Shown here piece by piece: positions 1 to 10,192 of a DNA stretch of 64,000 bases; position 1 is the first letter of the stretch, and the number at the start of each line of letters is the position of its first letter. The position numbers and the translations under genes were made by a program. The DNA comes from an uncultured virus (IMG/VR IMGVR_UViG_3300002835_000125) (Duplodnaviria; Heunggongvirae; Uroviricota; Caudoviricetes). The DNA lies in IMG/VR virus record IMGVR_UViG_3300002835_000125. One strand, 5' to 3'. The notes under the pieces were generated by a model. The model saw nothing but the letters and a program-made list of their open reading frames with translations. It ran no database searches and was not told the DNA's origin.

Positions 1-19
1 TAAGATATCAGCTTTTATT

Positions 20-319
20 TTATAACCAACGATAATATTGAGTGTTCCCATTCATTCCAAAGTACTGATTATCAGTAGTGTGTTCAGCTTTTACACCAAA
101 TGCAATCCAAGTTCTGTAATAGTCATCATCAGACATATTAAGAGACTTCTTTACACTGATATCAAATCCCATAAGCTTATTTATCATGGTTTGATAGTTA
201 AACTCTGAAACATATACTTCTTTTGGAAAATTAGGATGATGTTCAGTATTAACATCAATAGTCAATTTGATACATTCCTTTTTAGGTTCAAAATACTTGC
301 TTTCTGTTGTGTACAGCAT
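20..319 (-). CDS. hypothetical protein (99 aa)
   Basis: ORF track; co-oriented with 373..1068; A-rich start context. Confidence 0.6.
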   Translation of the reverse strand: MLYTTESKYFEPKKECIKLTIDVNTEHHPNFPKEVYVSEFNYQTMINKLMGFDISVKKSLNMSDDDYYRTWIAFGVKAEHTTDNQYFGMNGNTQYYRWL

Positions 320-372
320 AAAAGATAATTTGTGGGAGAGAGTTCATCACCCTCTCCCGATTAGAAAATGGG

Positions 373-1068
373 TTACTTAACAGCATAAGGATTAAAATCA
401 CCAAATACTTCCTTGTACTTTGCATCAGAAAGAATACCATGAGCTTTACGAGCTTCATTCTTGAGAGCATTCTCTGCAACACCAAGAATCTGTAAACTCC
501 TGCGTGAAATGGCTACAACCTTCACATGTTCAGCAAGCCAAACAGTACCATCCCAATTCTTCTTAGCCTGATAAGCATCAATCATACACTTATCAAGACT
601 CAGTTCAATTGCCTTTGTTTGTTCACCACCAGCAGTTTCACAATCCAAATCCAACTCTGTAGCACTAACCAAATCACTCTGAGCAATCTCAAGAGGAATC
701 TTGATAGTATCCACAGTGACAGAGAACTTCTCGGATATTTTCTTCCCCTGAACATTCATCCTTATCTGGTAAGTGCTATCAATGGTGATAGGTTCGAACA
801 GCTTGAAGATGATGTTCACCTTCTTTTCACCATCAGGCTTTGTGTTATGCAACTCTCCCACCTTAGCAAAATCACCAGCAAGCACAGCTTCTGCAAGCTC
901 CTTAGTGTGAGCAGCCTTGTCCTTACCAAGTTCATAGACTTCTTGGTCATAGAACCAACCCTTGTAGGAACGACCAAATGTTCCGTTATCATGGTCAATG
1001 CTAGACTTAGCACTTACATTTTCCAGAGCAGTCTGGAAGCTTTTCAAATTCAAAAGACTCGTTTTCAT
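373..1068 (-). CDS. hypothetical protein (231 aa)
   Basis: Long ORF with natural composition; followed by a GC hairpin at about 333-358. Confidence 0.8.
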   Translation of the reverse strand: MKTSLLNLKSFQTALENVSAKSSIDHDNGTFGRSYKGWFYDQEVYELGKDKAAHTKELAEAVLAGDFAKVGELHNTKPDGEKKVNIIFKLFEPITIDSTYQIRMNVQGKKISEKFSVTVDTIKIPLEIAQSDLVSATELDLDCETAGGEQTKAIELSLDKCMIDAYQAKKNWDGTVWLAEHVKVVAISRRSLQILGVAENALKNEARKAHGILSDAKYKEVFGDFNPYAVK

Positions 1069-1210
1069 AAAATTGATTGAAGAATGATTCCCTTATTCTT
1101 TATTCTCTACTTGGGATTGAAAGAGATAACAGCATTTCTTTAGTCCTTAGAATAGCTGTCCTAAAACTGTCACCTTTTGGCAGGTTGATGACTACCTCTA
1201 ATTAAGAAGA

Positions 1211-1435
1211 TTAATGTAATTTCAACTGTTTTGCAGAGAAATATACCCCTTCTTGTTTAACAACATCCCAATAAATGAGATGATTTAGACAATTAGTAGT
1301 CCAAATTTGGGTATTGAACTGACCGTAGTCAGATACTCCACCTCTTTCATGGAGTATTTTAGAATCATTACTAACTCTTGCAGATTTAACTGCATTACCT
1401 GTCAATGTTCCAAAGAACGTTGTTCTAATTGTCAT
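1211..1435 (-). CDS. hypothetical protein (74 aa)
   Basis: ORF track; first gene of the leftward unit. Confidence 0.55.
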   Translation of the reverse strand: MTIRTTFFGTLTGNAVKSARVSNDSKILHERGGVSDYGQFNTQIWTTNCLNHLIYWDVVKQEGVYFSAKQLKLH

Positions 1436-1702
1436 AATATGTCGTTGCCTGAATAGACAGGTTCAACTGACCCTTATTGTGATGGATATAAACATATTAT
1501 TTTGACTTTTCTTTGTAATACAATTTTTACATTATTAATAGAATGAACATAGGGGTAGACCCGGTTTCACTTTCTTAACAAGGCATCATTTATCTTACTG
1601 TTCTCCAGCTTCACACATAAAACTGATAGGGGGTGTACACACACTTCTTATGTATTCCTATATGTTAACACCTTCTTAAAAAAATTATAAAAAATAGAAA
1701 AA

Positions 1703-1734
1703 TTTGGAGTTATTAACTTTTTAAGTTATTTTTG
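1703..1734 (+). promoter_or_regulatory. Bacteroidota sigma-A type promoter
   Basis: TTTG (1703-1706), 20 nt spacer, TATTTTTG (1727-1734); ATG follows after 4 nt. Confidence 0.8.
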
Positions 1735-1738
1735 TCCC

Positions 1739-2356
1739 ATGTCTCAATTAAATGCCAACACTCCTTATATATATTGTTATATAAGGAAAGAAATTACGGG
1801 ATTAGAGAATGATATGGAGGGGTATATCTTTGGAGTGAAGTCTCAATTGAATTATCCTCTCCTTTTTCATTTTCAGTCTTCTATAGGAGCTATATTTTGG
1901 AATATTCCTATAAGTGGTTTTGTGCATAATTTGGAATATGAAGATTTGGATTTATCTATTCTCGAAACTTGGGATTGCCAAAGTAATGCTATATCTGTTT
2001 TATGTTTTAAGTTTCTTCAGCATAAGAGAGTGGATGTATTTTGTAGAGATGGTATATGGAGGAGTGGAATTTATCACTTCACTATAGATGATTACGAAAC
2101 GGATGTTAATGAAATAAATGTGGGTTATTCTCAAGATATGGATAGTAAGTGTTTTCACTTTATAGAACTTGATAATGGAAGATTTTGTGTGCATCCTAAT
2201 AATATATTACGTTGGCATAATGCTGATTTTATTCATCCCTACGATAAAGAAAACCCTCCAAAAATAAAGTTGAATAATCCCAGAGTTAGTTCTGAAGATG
2301 TAGATTTATCATTTGCTAAAAGTGCTTATTATTTAAAATATGAAAGAACCAAATAG
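1739..2356 (+). CDS. conserved phage hypothetical protein (205 aa)
   Basis: ORF directly after promoter; LNANxPxIYCYIRKE N-terminus recalls a widespread phage family of unknown function. Confidence 0.8.
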   Translation: MSQLNANTPYIYCYIRKEITGLENDMEGYIFGVKSQLNYPLLFHFQSSIGAIFWNIPISGFVHNLEYEDLDLSILETWDCQSNAISVLCFKFLQHKRVDVFCRDGIWRSGIYHFTIDDYETDVNEINVGYSQDMDSKCFHFIELDNGRFCVHPNNILRWHNADFIHPYDKENPPKIKLNNPRVSSEDVDLSFAKSAYYLKYERTK

Positions 2357-4088
2357 AGTACGTAAGAATCCTATACAATATAATATACAGTTAGATGAAG
2401 AGCAAAAGGCTGGTAAAGCTATAATTCTTCAATATCCTATTACATTAATTACTGGTCAGGCTGGATGTTTAGGATTAGACACAGAAGTATTAATGTATAA
2501 TGGAACTTTTAAAAAAGTTCAAGATATTGTTGTAGGTGACCAATTAATGGGACCAGATTCTAAGCCTAGAAATGTATTATCTTTATGTAGAGGCATAGAC
2601 CAAATGTATTGGATTAGACAAAATAGAGGAATTGATTATAGAGTTAATAGTAATCATATACTATCATTAATAAGAGTTCAAACTGCAAAATATCCAAGAA
2701 TTGCAGTTGATGGTGTAAGAAAACAAGATTTTTCAAGACCTCCTATTCATCCTAAAAAGGAAACAGTTACAAATATAGAAGTTAATAGATATTTTGATTT
2801 GGGTTCTAAAAAACAATATATGGGATATATTTCAAATTGTCTTTTCTTTGAAGAAAAGAATTTATCAATTGACCCATATTATTTAGGACTTTGGTTAGGA
2901 GATGGAAGTAAAAATTGTATAAGAGAAATTACAGCAGCAGATTCTGAAATAATAAATTATTTAATTGACAAAGGAGCAAGAGCTAAATTAAATAGTAAAT
3001 ATGCATGGTTATTACCAATAAATTTAGAAACAGTTGAGTCTTTTAAAGATTTATTTTCAATTACAAATTCTTCAAAATTACCTGAAAAATTTATACCTAA
3101 TGATTATTTGTTTAACTCAAAAGAAAATAGATTAAAATTGTTAGCTGGTTTATTAGATAGTGATGGACATTATATAAAAGATGGAAAATATTATGAAATA
3201 ATAGTAAAAAATAAAAGATTAGCAGATAATATAACATTTCTATGTAGAAGTCTTGGTTATAAAACTAATCAAAGAGACAAGAAAGCTAGTATGAAAAGAG
3301 ATGATGGTACTATATATAAATGTATTGTTCAAAGAATATCTATAATGACAGAAGATATTATACCTGTTATTATAGATAGAAAAAAGAATGAAATTGGTTC
3401 TGATTTTAAAAATAGAAAATACACAGGATTCAAAATAGAAAAAGATATTATTGATAATTACTATGGGTTTACACTTGATGAAGATAATCTTTTTTTATTA
3501 AAGGACTTAACCGTTACTCATAATTCAGGTAAAAGTTTAGTTGCTCTACAGACTGGATTGGATTTTGTTAATAGTAAGATGGGTAAGATGGTATTAACAC
3601 GTTCTTTAGTAGAGGTTGGAGATGAATCAATGGGTTATTTACCCGGAGATGCTAAAGAAAAGTTAAGTCCTTATTTAGAAGCAGCAATGGAGAATCTTGA
3701 GAAATGTATGTCAAGACAAGAGATTTTAAAGCTTGTTAATGATAATAGGATTGTTGCTGGTCCTGTAAACTTCATGAGAGGTAAGACTGTAGAGGATGTG
3801 CTTATTGTAGAAGAGGGACAAAATCTTACTATAGGACAGATGTTAGCAGTTTTAACAAGAACTGGTAAGGAGGGTAAGATTATTATTACTGGTGACTTGG
3901 CTCAAAAGGATAGAAGAAAGGAAAGAAGTTATGGAGCATTGGACTTAGCAATTGATTTAGCTAAGGACTTACCTGAATATATAGGATGGGTAAAACTTAA
4001 TGGTCAGCATAGACATGATGTGGTTAGTAAGATAAATGACTTAATTTATTCTGATAAATATAAAAATAGGGTATTCCCTGAAAACTAA
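2340..4088 (+). CDS. phoH: PhoH-like ATPase interrupted by an intein
   Basis: Walker A GQAG|SGKS split by intein; PhoH motifs MGYLPGDAKEK, FMRGKT, VEEGQN, VLTRTG, ITGDLAQKD, HRH. Confidence 0.93.
   Translation: MKEPNRVRKNPIQYNIQLDEEQKAGKAIILQYPITLITGQAGCLGLDTEVLMYNGTFKKVQDIVVGDQLMGPDSKPRNVLSLCRGIDQMYWIRQNRGIDYRVNSNHILSLIRVQTAKYPRIAVDGVRKQDFSRPPIHPKKETVTNIEVNRYFDLGSKKQYMGYISNCLFFEEKNLSIDPYYLGLWLGDGSKNCIREITAADSEIINYLIDKGARAKLNSKYAWLLPINLETVESFKDLFSITNSSKLPEKFIPNDYLFNSKENRLKLLAGLLDSDGHYIKDGKYYEIIVKNKRLADNITFLCRSLGYKTNQRDKKASMKRDDGTIYKCIVQRISIMTEDIIPVIIDRKKNEIGSDFKNRKYTGFKIEKDIIDNYYGFTLDEDNLFLLKDLTVTHNSGKSLVALQTGLDFVNSKMGKMVLTRSLVEVGDESMGYLPGDAKEKLSPYLEAAMENLEKCMSRQEILKLVNDNRIVAGPVNFMRGKTVEDVLIVEEGQNLTIGQMLAVLTRTGKEGKIIITGDLAQKDRRKERSYGALDLAIDLAKDLPEYIGWVKLNGQHRHDVVSKINDLIYSDKYKNRVFPEN
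2466..3524 (+). mobile_element. intein (353 aa) with LAGLIDADG homing endonuclease
   Basis: Starts CLGLDTEVLMYNG, ends VTHN followed by Ser; internal LGLWLGDG and LLAGLLDSDG motifs. Confidence 0.93.
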
Positions 4089-4309
4089 TGGAAAATAAAA
4101 GCTTAGTAGATAAAATGAAACCCTTACAGATATTATATAATCTGGATAAGGCTGGTGTAAATGTGGAGAACTTACATATCAGTACATTTACTAAACCTTT
4201 AGAAGAATCTGTAGAACAATGGTTGGGTAGAATATTTGATAATAATAAAGAAGTATTTGGAGAATACACAAAAGAAGATTTTATAAATAATGCATTATAT
4301 GGACGGTAG
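4088..4309 (+). CDS. hypothetical protein
   Basis: TAATG coupling to phoH. Confidence 0.7.
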   Translation: MENKSLVDKMKPLQILYNLDKAGVNVENLHISTFTKPLEESVEQWLGRIFDNNKEVFGEYTKEDFINNALYGR

Positions 4310-4613
4310 AACATTTATTGACAATTTAGAAGATATCCCTTTAAGGGATGATATTAAAAGTATGTCTTTAAAAAGTCAGAAAAATCTTGAAAATTGGATT
4401 GATACTTTAACAAATTCTATATTTCCAAAAGAATGTATAGATACCCCAATGTTAAAATTTAAAGATGTAAATGATGGAGATGGTTTCAAGATAGAATATA
4501 TTAATCCAAGAACTCAAGAAAAACAAGAAATTTTAGATAGAGAGAGAGGTATATTTTCTTATACAGAATATTTAACTGAAAATCAGAATAATAAACCTAT
4601 ATTTGCACAATAA
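4290..4613 (+). CDS. hypothetical protein (start may be ATG 4299)
   Basis: ORF in a tightly packed run. Confidence 0.65.
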   Translation: MHYMDGRTFIDNLEDIPLRDDIKSMSLKSQKNLENWIDTLTNSIFPKECIDTPMLKFKDVNDGDGFKIEYINPRTQEKQEILDRERGIFSYTEYLTENQNNKPIFAQ

Positions 4614-4668
4614 AGTTAATCGCTTTATCAAGCATAATCAGGTTTATTATGGAAAATAAAAGAAAAAT

Positions 4669-5208
4669 ATGGAAAAACTTATAGCAACGATATATTGTCT
4701 TGATAAAGAAGATACTATAACTTATGGAGAACTTATGAAAGATAAACTTGGAAAAGATATTGTTATTCCAAAAAGATTAGCAAGTTTAAAACTTCGTAAA
4801 AATAAATTAATTCAAGAAGATTATATGCATAAAGATTATATAGCTGGAATTGACCCATACTTAGATGATAATAGTGTTCATTTTTATCAAAGGGAAGGAG
4901 ATATGGATAATCTTCCTGAATCTACTATTACATATTCCAATACATCTCCAGAAGAATTAACAGAAATATTTATGAAACAACCTATTCAGTTACAACAATA
5001 TGTAACTATAGAAGAGGCTATAAAGAAGTTAACAGAAGAATTATCACAGGATGAAGAACATTATATAGCTTGGAAAGCTGCTATTGCTATGTCTTTTAAA
5101 GATGAAGTGTATAGATTAAGACCTGTTACTAATAGATGGAATAGTGACATTGTTCATAAAATTGCTAATAAAGCAGCAGATAACTTTTTAAAACAATTAA
5201 TAGGATGA
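4669..5208 (+). CDS. hypothetical protein
   Basis: ORF track; TATATTTG element at 4598-4605 upstream. Confidence 0.75.
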   Translation: MEKLIATIYCLDKEDTITYGELMKDKLGKDIVIPKRLASLKLRKNKLIQEDYMHKDYIAGIDPYLDDNSVHFYQREGDMDNLPESTITYSNTSPEELTEIFMKQPIQLQQYVTIEEAIKKLTEELSQDEEHYIAWKAAIAMSFKDEVYRLRPVTNRWNSDIVHKIANKAADNFLKQLIG

Positions 5209-5465
5209 ATACCAAAGATTTAATATTATATAATGATAATCTTCTACCTAGTCAAAAAATAGAATTTCTTATATCTGGTAAAATACCAAAAATGGCAGAT
5301 TATATGGAAGTAGCAGAAAGGGTTTATTATCATGTAAATCCTGAAACTAAAATGGATGTTCCTAATTCTGCTTATATTACTACAGAAAAATGGTATCATG
5401 AATGGTGTAGAGATACTGAAACTGATTTGGATTTATTTAAATGGATACTTAAAAATAAAAAATAA
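5205..5465 (+). CDS. hypothetical protein
   Basis: ATGA overlap with previous gene. Confidence 0.7.
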   Translation: MNTKDLILYNDNLLPSQKIEFLISGKIPKMADYMEVAERVYYHVNPETKMDVPNSAYITTEKWYHEWCRDTETDLDLFKWILKNKK

Positions 5466-5468
5466 ACA

Positions 5469-5996
5469 ATGAAAACAAAAATTTTTGAAGCTTTAGGACA
5501 AGCTTCTATGTGTTGGTCTGAAATTCCAAACGGAGTATTTGATTCTTCTAAAGTATTAGAAGTAGGTAATGAACTACTAAAAAGTGTTTATACTACAGAA
5601 GGAGTACAAGAAATAATAAATGATTTAGATGGTTCTGAAATAGAACTTATTAATGATAAGTGGCATAGTTTCAAAGAACTTTATGAATTCAGGAAGATGT
5701 ATAATGCTGCTTTGTTCAATGAATGGGCTAATCATACTTGGGTTAGAAAAATACAAGGGGATACTGTAACAGGTATAAAATTTAGTGTCCATAAGTCATG
5801 GAAGCATTATGATGGAGAACTTTGTTTTGGTGGAGGATGGTTTATAGTTAGTGCTATGTTACCTACAGGATTGATTTCCAATCATTATGAAGCTAAAGAT
5901 TGGGATATGTTTAAGATTCCTGAAGTTGAGAAAGCTCTTTTCGAGTATGATGGACATACAGGACAAGATGTATTGAATCGTTTAAAACAATTATAA
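5469..5996 (+). CDS. phage protein, WDGH-like domain
   Basis: HSFKELYEFR...HKSWKHYDG...GGGWFIV...ISNHY...YDGHT pattern recalled from this phage family. Confidence 0.7.
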   Translation: MKTKIFEALGQASMCWSEIPNGVFDSSKVLEVGNELLKSVYTTEGVQEIINDLDGSEIELINDKWHSFKELYEFRKMYNAALFNEWANHTWVRKIQGDTVTGIKFSVHKSWKHYDGELCFGGGWFIVSAMLPTGLISNHYEAKDWDMFKIPEVEKALFEYDGHTGQDVLNRLKQL

Positions 5997-6196
5997 TGAT
6001 AATAACAATAGATAGAAATAATGAAGAAAGGCAATGTCCTATCATAACAATTGATACTAGAAAGTGTTATTCCGAATATGCTGTTAGAAATTGTCTTGAA
6101 TTAGCATTAGAATTAGAGGGTTACTCTGAACAGGATATTGATAGAGTATTTAATTTACAAAGAGATTTAGTTTGTAAACAAGAAGACTTAACTTAA
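5996..6196 (+). CDS. hypothetical protein
   Basis: TAATG coupling. Confidence 0.65.
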   Translation: MIITIDRNNEERQCPIITIDTRKCYSEYAVRNCLELALELEGYSEQDIDRVFNLQRDLVCKQEDLT

Positions 6197-6206
6197 AATT
6201 ATAAAT

Positions 6207-6419
6207 ATGAAAAATAAAGAATTGTACGGATATATTTTTTCCTATAATTGTTTTACAGATAGATGGATGGCAACAAATAGAGATAATTATTTTAAGCTCT
6301 GGAATGAAGGTTTAAAAGAAGAGGTTCTTGAAAGTAGAAGTATAAATTCTCTTCAGGAGTTGATTATTAAGGGTAAAGGAGATTTAAGAACAATTTTAAA
6401 ATTAAAGGAGGCTATATGA
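6207..6419 (+). CDS. hypothetical protein
   Basis: ORF in operon. Confidence 0.7.
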   Translation: MKNKELYGYIFSYNCFTDRWMATNRDNYFKLWNEGLKEEVLESRSINSLQELIIKGKGDLRTILKLKEAI

Positions 6420-6811
6420 CATATTTTGAAAACTTCTTTAGATTTCCAAGTGTGGAAGCTGATATGGAAAACGAATGGGTAAAGAAAGCAAGTGCTGAAA
6501 GCATGAGTAAAGAACAAGAATTTAATGTAGATTATGTTATTTCCATGACTGAAATTAGTTCAGATAATGAAGTGATGTCTATATCAGAAGGATGGTATCC
6601 TAATGAATATAGCTTTAATGATGTAAAACAAACACATAAATTTCCATGTACAAGGGTGAACTTTTCAATTGAAGGAGACTTTCTTGTTAACTGGCCTTTA
6701 AAAGAATTTAAAGTTAAGTGGCAAAAATTTCAAGATAGTCTTCCACAATTAGAAGTGATAGAGTTAAATGAAGAAGAAGCAAAAGATTTAATTAACAAAT
6801 ACAAAAAATAA
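6416..6811 (+). CDS. hypothetical protein
   Basis: ATGA overlap. Confidence 0.75.
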   Translation: MTYFENFFRFPSVEADMENEWVKKASAESMSKEQEFNVDYVISMTEISSDNEVMSISEGWYPNEYSFNDVKQTHKFPCTRVNFSIEGDFLVNWPLKEFKVKWQKFQDSLPQLEVIELNEEEAKDLINKYKK

Positions 6812-7083
6812 TGAAAAATCAACTTAATGGAGCTACCATTCAAAAGCAACAACAAGAATATGCTACAAAGAAAGAGATGTTAGCAGAAGTGGAAAGATAT
6901 GAACTTGCTGCTAGAAAGTTTAAAGCAGAGTATGAAATGATGGAATATGCTATGAAAGCACATGAACTAAAGCCTACCTATAGAGAATTTGCACAAAAAA
7001 TTATGCAAGAAGCTCAGGAAGCAATGGCTAAAATGCAGGAGAATCCAGATATTACTGTTGAGGAGGAACAACAAGATGCTTAA
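6811..7083 (+). CDS. hypothetical coiled-coil protein
   Basis: TAATG coupling; E/Q/A/M-rich helical sequence. Confidence 0.75.
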   Translation: MKNQLNGATIQKQQQEYATKKEMLAEVERYELAARKFKAEYEMMEYAMKAHELKPTYREFAQKIMQEAQEAMAKMQENPDITVEEEQQDA

Positions 7084-7456
7084 AGGAAATGGAAAGATGT
7101 ATAATGATAAGTATAATGCTCCAGATACATATACAGATATGGATGGGCAAAGTAAAAACTTCACTCACATCAATTACAGTAAAAAATCAAAAATGTCTTT
7201 CCAAATGAAAGAAGAGCAAGATTTACAAGAGCTTTTAAAAGCAGACAAATTACGTATACAAGAAGAAATATTAAATCTTCCAGCAAGCATGTTTCCTATG
7301 GAATTTCAGGACTTTATTATAAGAGATATTCCAAATGAAAAGATTATATGGAATGAATCTATGATAAGAGATGAAGGTACACCTTTTACAACACTCCTTT
7401 CTTTAAAAACACTAACTTCTAATAGGTTAGAACACTATGGTCCAAAAGCATACTAA
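7076..7456 (+). CDS. hypothetical protein (start revised from 6989 to ATG 7076)
   Basis: Track start overlaps the previous gene by about 95 nt; ATG 7076 gives a short overlap. Confidence 0.65.
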   Translation: MLKGNGKMYNDKYNAPDTYTDMDGQSKNFTHINYSKKSKMSFQMKEEQDLQELLKADKLRIQEEILNLPASMFPMEFQDFIIRDIPNEKIIWNESMIRDEGTPFTTLLSLKTLTSNRLEHYGPKAY

Positions 7457-7463
7457 AAATAAT

Positions 7464-7495
7464 TTTGGAAATTTAAACTTTTTTCGTTATTTTAT
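7464..7495 (+). promoter_or_regulatory. putative variant (late?) promoter
   Basis: TTTG-N20-TATTTTAT before the packaging operon. Confidence 0.55.
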
Positions 7496-7503
7496 ATAAA
7501 ACC

Positions 7504-7890
7504 ATGTACTTAATAATTCAAGAGCAAAAACCACATGTACTCAAAGACAAATATTCTGTCTTAAAGGTTTATCTATATTTACAAATGCTGAAAAAAGGAC
7601 ATGCTCCTTTGGATAATGATATTGACATACTATGTGAATTATTCTTTGCTGGAGGTTATTGTGGTATAAAGGAAAAGAAATGGTTTTATAAAACAGTGAT
7701 AGACAAGAAGTTACGTAATTCTGAACAGAGTATAAGTAATAAACTAACCGAATTCTTTGAAAAGAAGGGATATATATTTAGGACTGATAGAAATTGTGTA
7801 GAGCTTAATTACGATTTCTTCCCAAAAGAAGGGATAGTAGGAGATGTAGAAGGAATTGGTTTATCTTTAAAGGTGGCACATGCAAGCTGA
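7504..7890 (+). CDS. hypothetical protein, possibly winged-helix DNA-binding
   Basis: First gene of the packaging operon; NSEQSISNKLTEFFEKKGYI segment. Confidence 0.7.
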   Translation: MYLIIQEQKPHVLKDKYSVLKVYLYLQMLKKGHAPLDNDIDILCELFFAGGYCGIKEKKWFYKTVIDKKLRNSEQSISNKLTEFFEKKGYIFRTDRNCVELNYDFFPKEGIVGDVEGIGLSLKVAHAS

Positions 7891-8284
7891 TATAAAAACA
7901 ATCTGTAAGAAATTATCAAAAGAAAAGAATATAGATTACAATCTATTAAAGGCTGTGGGTGATACAGTATTTAAAGAAACTAAAAAAGTTCTTAATAATC
8001 CTCCCAATCTTATTATTAACTTAAAAGGTTTAGGAAGGTGGTATTTAAGAAAGCAACAGATGGAAAGGAAAATAGAATACCTTGAAGATTACTATAAGTA
8101 TGAATCTGGTGTTCTACCTGAACCATTGGGTAAGTATTGGGAAAATAAAGAAGTAAAGGAAAAGCTTGAAGCCTTACTACCTGTTTATGAGAAATATTTA
8201 AATAGAAAACAAGAAGTAAGAGATTTAAGAGTGGAACTTGGATTTACAAAAATCATAGAATTAACAGATGATGAAGAGGATTAA
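7880..8284 (+). CDS. HU/IHF-like DNA-binding protein
   Basis: Two N-terminal helices then INLKGLGRWYLRK; IHF-like genes sit here in crAss-like phages. Confidence 0.65.
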   Translation: MQADIKTICKKLSKEKNIDYNLLKAVGDTVFKETKKVLNNPPNLIINLKGLGRWYLRKQQMERKIEYLEDYYKYESGVLPEPLGKYWENKEVKEKLEALLPVYEKYLNRKQEVRDLRVELGFTKIIELTDDEED

Positions 8285-8633
8285 ACACTATATAAAACTG
8301 CTTTGTTCAAGAAAGTATTGGACTTGGAGTAATTTTAAAGGAGTTGTACAAGCCTATTTTCGTAAGACTAAATATGAATATATGGGATATAAAGTTCCGA
8401 AGCATATTCATGAACAATATATGTGGAGAGAGATTAAAGCTAAGAAGTGTATAGATAATATAACATGCTTAAACTGTGATTGTTACATTAAAGAAAGAAT
8501 CCTTGAAGATAGAGGATGCTCTATAATGGAAGGTAAGGGAAACCTTGTAGGTAAACAAGAACCTTGTTATCCAGATTTAATGAAAAGAGAAGTATGGAAC
8601 AATTATAAAACTAATAATAAAATAAAAATATGA
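8268..8633 (+). CDS. hypothetical Cys-rich protein
   Basis: C-x5-CLNCDC...GC...PCYP cluster. Confidence 0.75.
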   Translation: MMKRIKHYIKLLCSRKYWTWSNFKGVVQAYFRKTKYEYMGYKVPKHIHEQYMWREIKAKKCIDNITCLNCDCYIKERILEDRGCSIMEGKGNLVGKQEPCYPDLMKREVWNNYKTNNKIKI

Positions 8634-8923
8634 TATTAAACTTACCAACCAAAATAGATTTTGGTCAAATGAAATTTGGTAGCTCTTATAGTAGAGATTA
8701 CATAATTAAAAACACTACAAATCAAGGGATTAATATTACTGATTTTTCTAAAAGCTGTAGTTGTGTACAAGCTTCTTTAAAAGTGAGTCACCTATCTCCA
8801 AATGAATCCACTACTATAAATGTCACTGTAACTCCGGGTTCTACAGGATTATTCAGTAGAAGTATGGCATTTAAAATAAATGGGCAATCATATACAGTAA
8901 CATTAACAGGACATGCAAGTTAA
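8630..8923 (+). CDS. DUF1573-like Ig-fold protein
   Basis: IDFG...IKNT...ITDFSKSCSC...LSPNESTTINV...LTG pattern typical of Bacteroidota DUF1573. Confidence 0.75.
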   Translation: MILNLPTKIDFGQMKFGSSYSRDYIIKNTTNQGINITDFSKSCSCVQASLKVSHLSPNESTTINVTVTPGSTGLFSRSMAFKINGQSYTVTLTGHAS

Positions 8924-9686
8924 ATTTATAGAGAGTACCCATCAATATTTAAGTGATAAAGGAGAGCTTACATCTGTTTCAAAATTCGTAAAAGGTTTTG
9001 AAGTTGAGAAAGATTGGAAAAAGATTGCTGAAAAGAATGTAAGGAACCTAAAGAAATATAAAGGTATAATAAAAACTGTAGACCAAGTTCTTAAAGAATG
9101 GGAAAATAAAAGAAATCTTGGAAGTGCTGCTGGTACAATATTACATGAAATAAAAGAGAAGCAAAGAATAGAATCATGCTCTAATATTAAACATTCTGGA
9201 TTTAAAGGAGAAGATGGTGGAAAGGTGAGCTTTGATTTATCTTTATTAGAAGATGGTTATATTTATCCTGAACTTATGTTATATGATTTTGATTATATGG
9301 TTTGTGGTCAAAGTGATGAAGTAGAAATTCTTGATAGAAAGATTAATATCATAGACTATAAATCAGATAAGAGTATAGATTTTAAAGCCTATCAAACAGA
9401 ATGGACAGAACCTGAATATCTATTACCACCTTTAAATCACTTACAAAATTGTAATGGTAACCTATATGCTCTAAAGATGTCCTTATATATGTATATGGCA
9501 TGGAAACAATGCAGAGGAAAGTTTAAACCCGGCAAGATAATACTCAAATGGTGTCCTATAGAACGTGATGAAGATGGTATACCTATATTATATGATGGAA
9601 TACCAAAAATAATAAAAGAACAGGATATAGAACTTCCATATATGAAACAGGAAGTGTTAAAAATGCTAGAATGCTACCAAAAATAA
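8913..9686 (+). CDS. PD-(D/E)XK nuclease
   Basis: GTILH, CGQSD, IIDYKS, YALKMSLY motifs. Confidence 0.85.
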   Translation: MQVKFIESTHQYLSDKGELTSVSKFVKGFEVEKDWKKIAEKNVRNLKKYKGIIKTVDQVLKEWENKRNLGSAAGTILHEIKEKQRIESCSNIKHSGFKGEDGGKVSFDLSLLEDGYIYPELMLYDFDYMVCGQSDEVEILDRKINIIDYKSDKSIDFKAYQTEWTEPEYLLPPLNHLQNCNGNLYALKMSLYMYMAWKQCRGKFKPGKIILKWCPIERDEDGIPILYDGIPKIIKEQDIELPYMKQEVLKMLECYQK

Positions 9687-10192
9687 TTGATTATGATACG
9701 GATACTAAGCAAATACAATTAACCGAAAATGCTTATGTCATTCCTGAATTAAGAAATCTTATAGATAAATATCCAGATAATTATGTACCATATGTTACAT
9801 ACGTATATTTAATGTGTGGATATAATAGCCCTTATATTAATTTACCAGATTCTGAAAGACAGGAGCAGGTAATATTTGATGTTCAAGAATTATTCACAGA
9901 CTTTGACCCCTTCGAACCATTATTAGAAAAGGCGGTGGAAAAACTGAGTGACTTATATAAAAGTCCAATTATGAAATTAGCTGAAGAGCTTGGTAATGAA
10001 GTGGATAGATTCAGAAAGATTCTAAAAACTGAAGCTATTGTAACTGGACCAGAAGGTAATTTCAGAGAAAGAATGGCTCTCTTAGAGAAAATTGATAAGA
10101 TATCAAGTTCTTATGCAAAGGTAAAAGAACAAGCAAAAAAAGAAATGGATGATGATGGTATACGTGGTGACCATGAAATAGGTATGTACTAA
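9671..10192 (+). CDS. putative terminase small subunit
   Basis: Helical protein coupled directly to TerL; positional inference. Confidence 0.5.
   Translation: MLPKIIDYDTDTKQIQLTENAYVIPELRNLIDKYPDNYVPYVTYVYLMCGYNSPYINLPDSERQEQVIFDVQELFTDFDPFEPLLEKAVEKLSDLYKSPIMKLAEELGNEVDRFRKILKTEAIVTGPEGNFRERMALLEKIDKISSSYAKVKEQAKKEMDDDGIRGDHEIGMY

Noticed and set aside
526..1080. 184 aa plus-strand ORF
   Set aside because: Antisense shadow of 373..1068 with atypical L/S/I-rich composition.
4830..4870. YIAGIDPY motif resembling a terminase nuclease strand
   Set aside because: Eight residues only, with no other terminase motifs.
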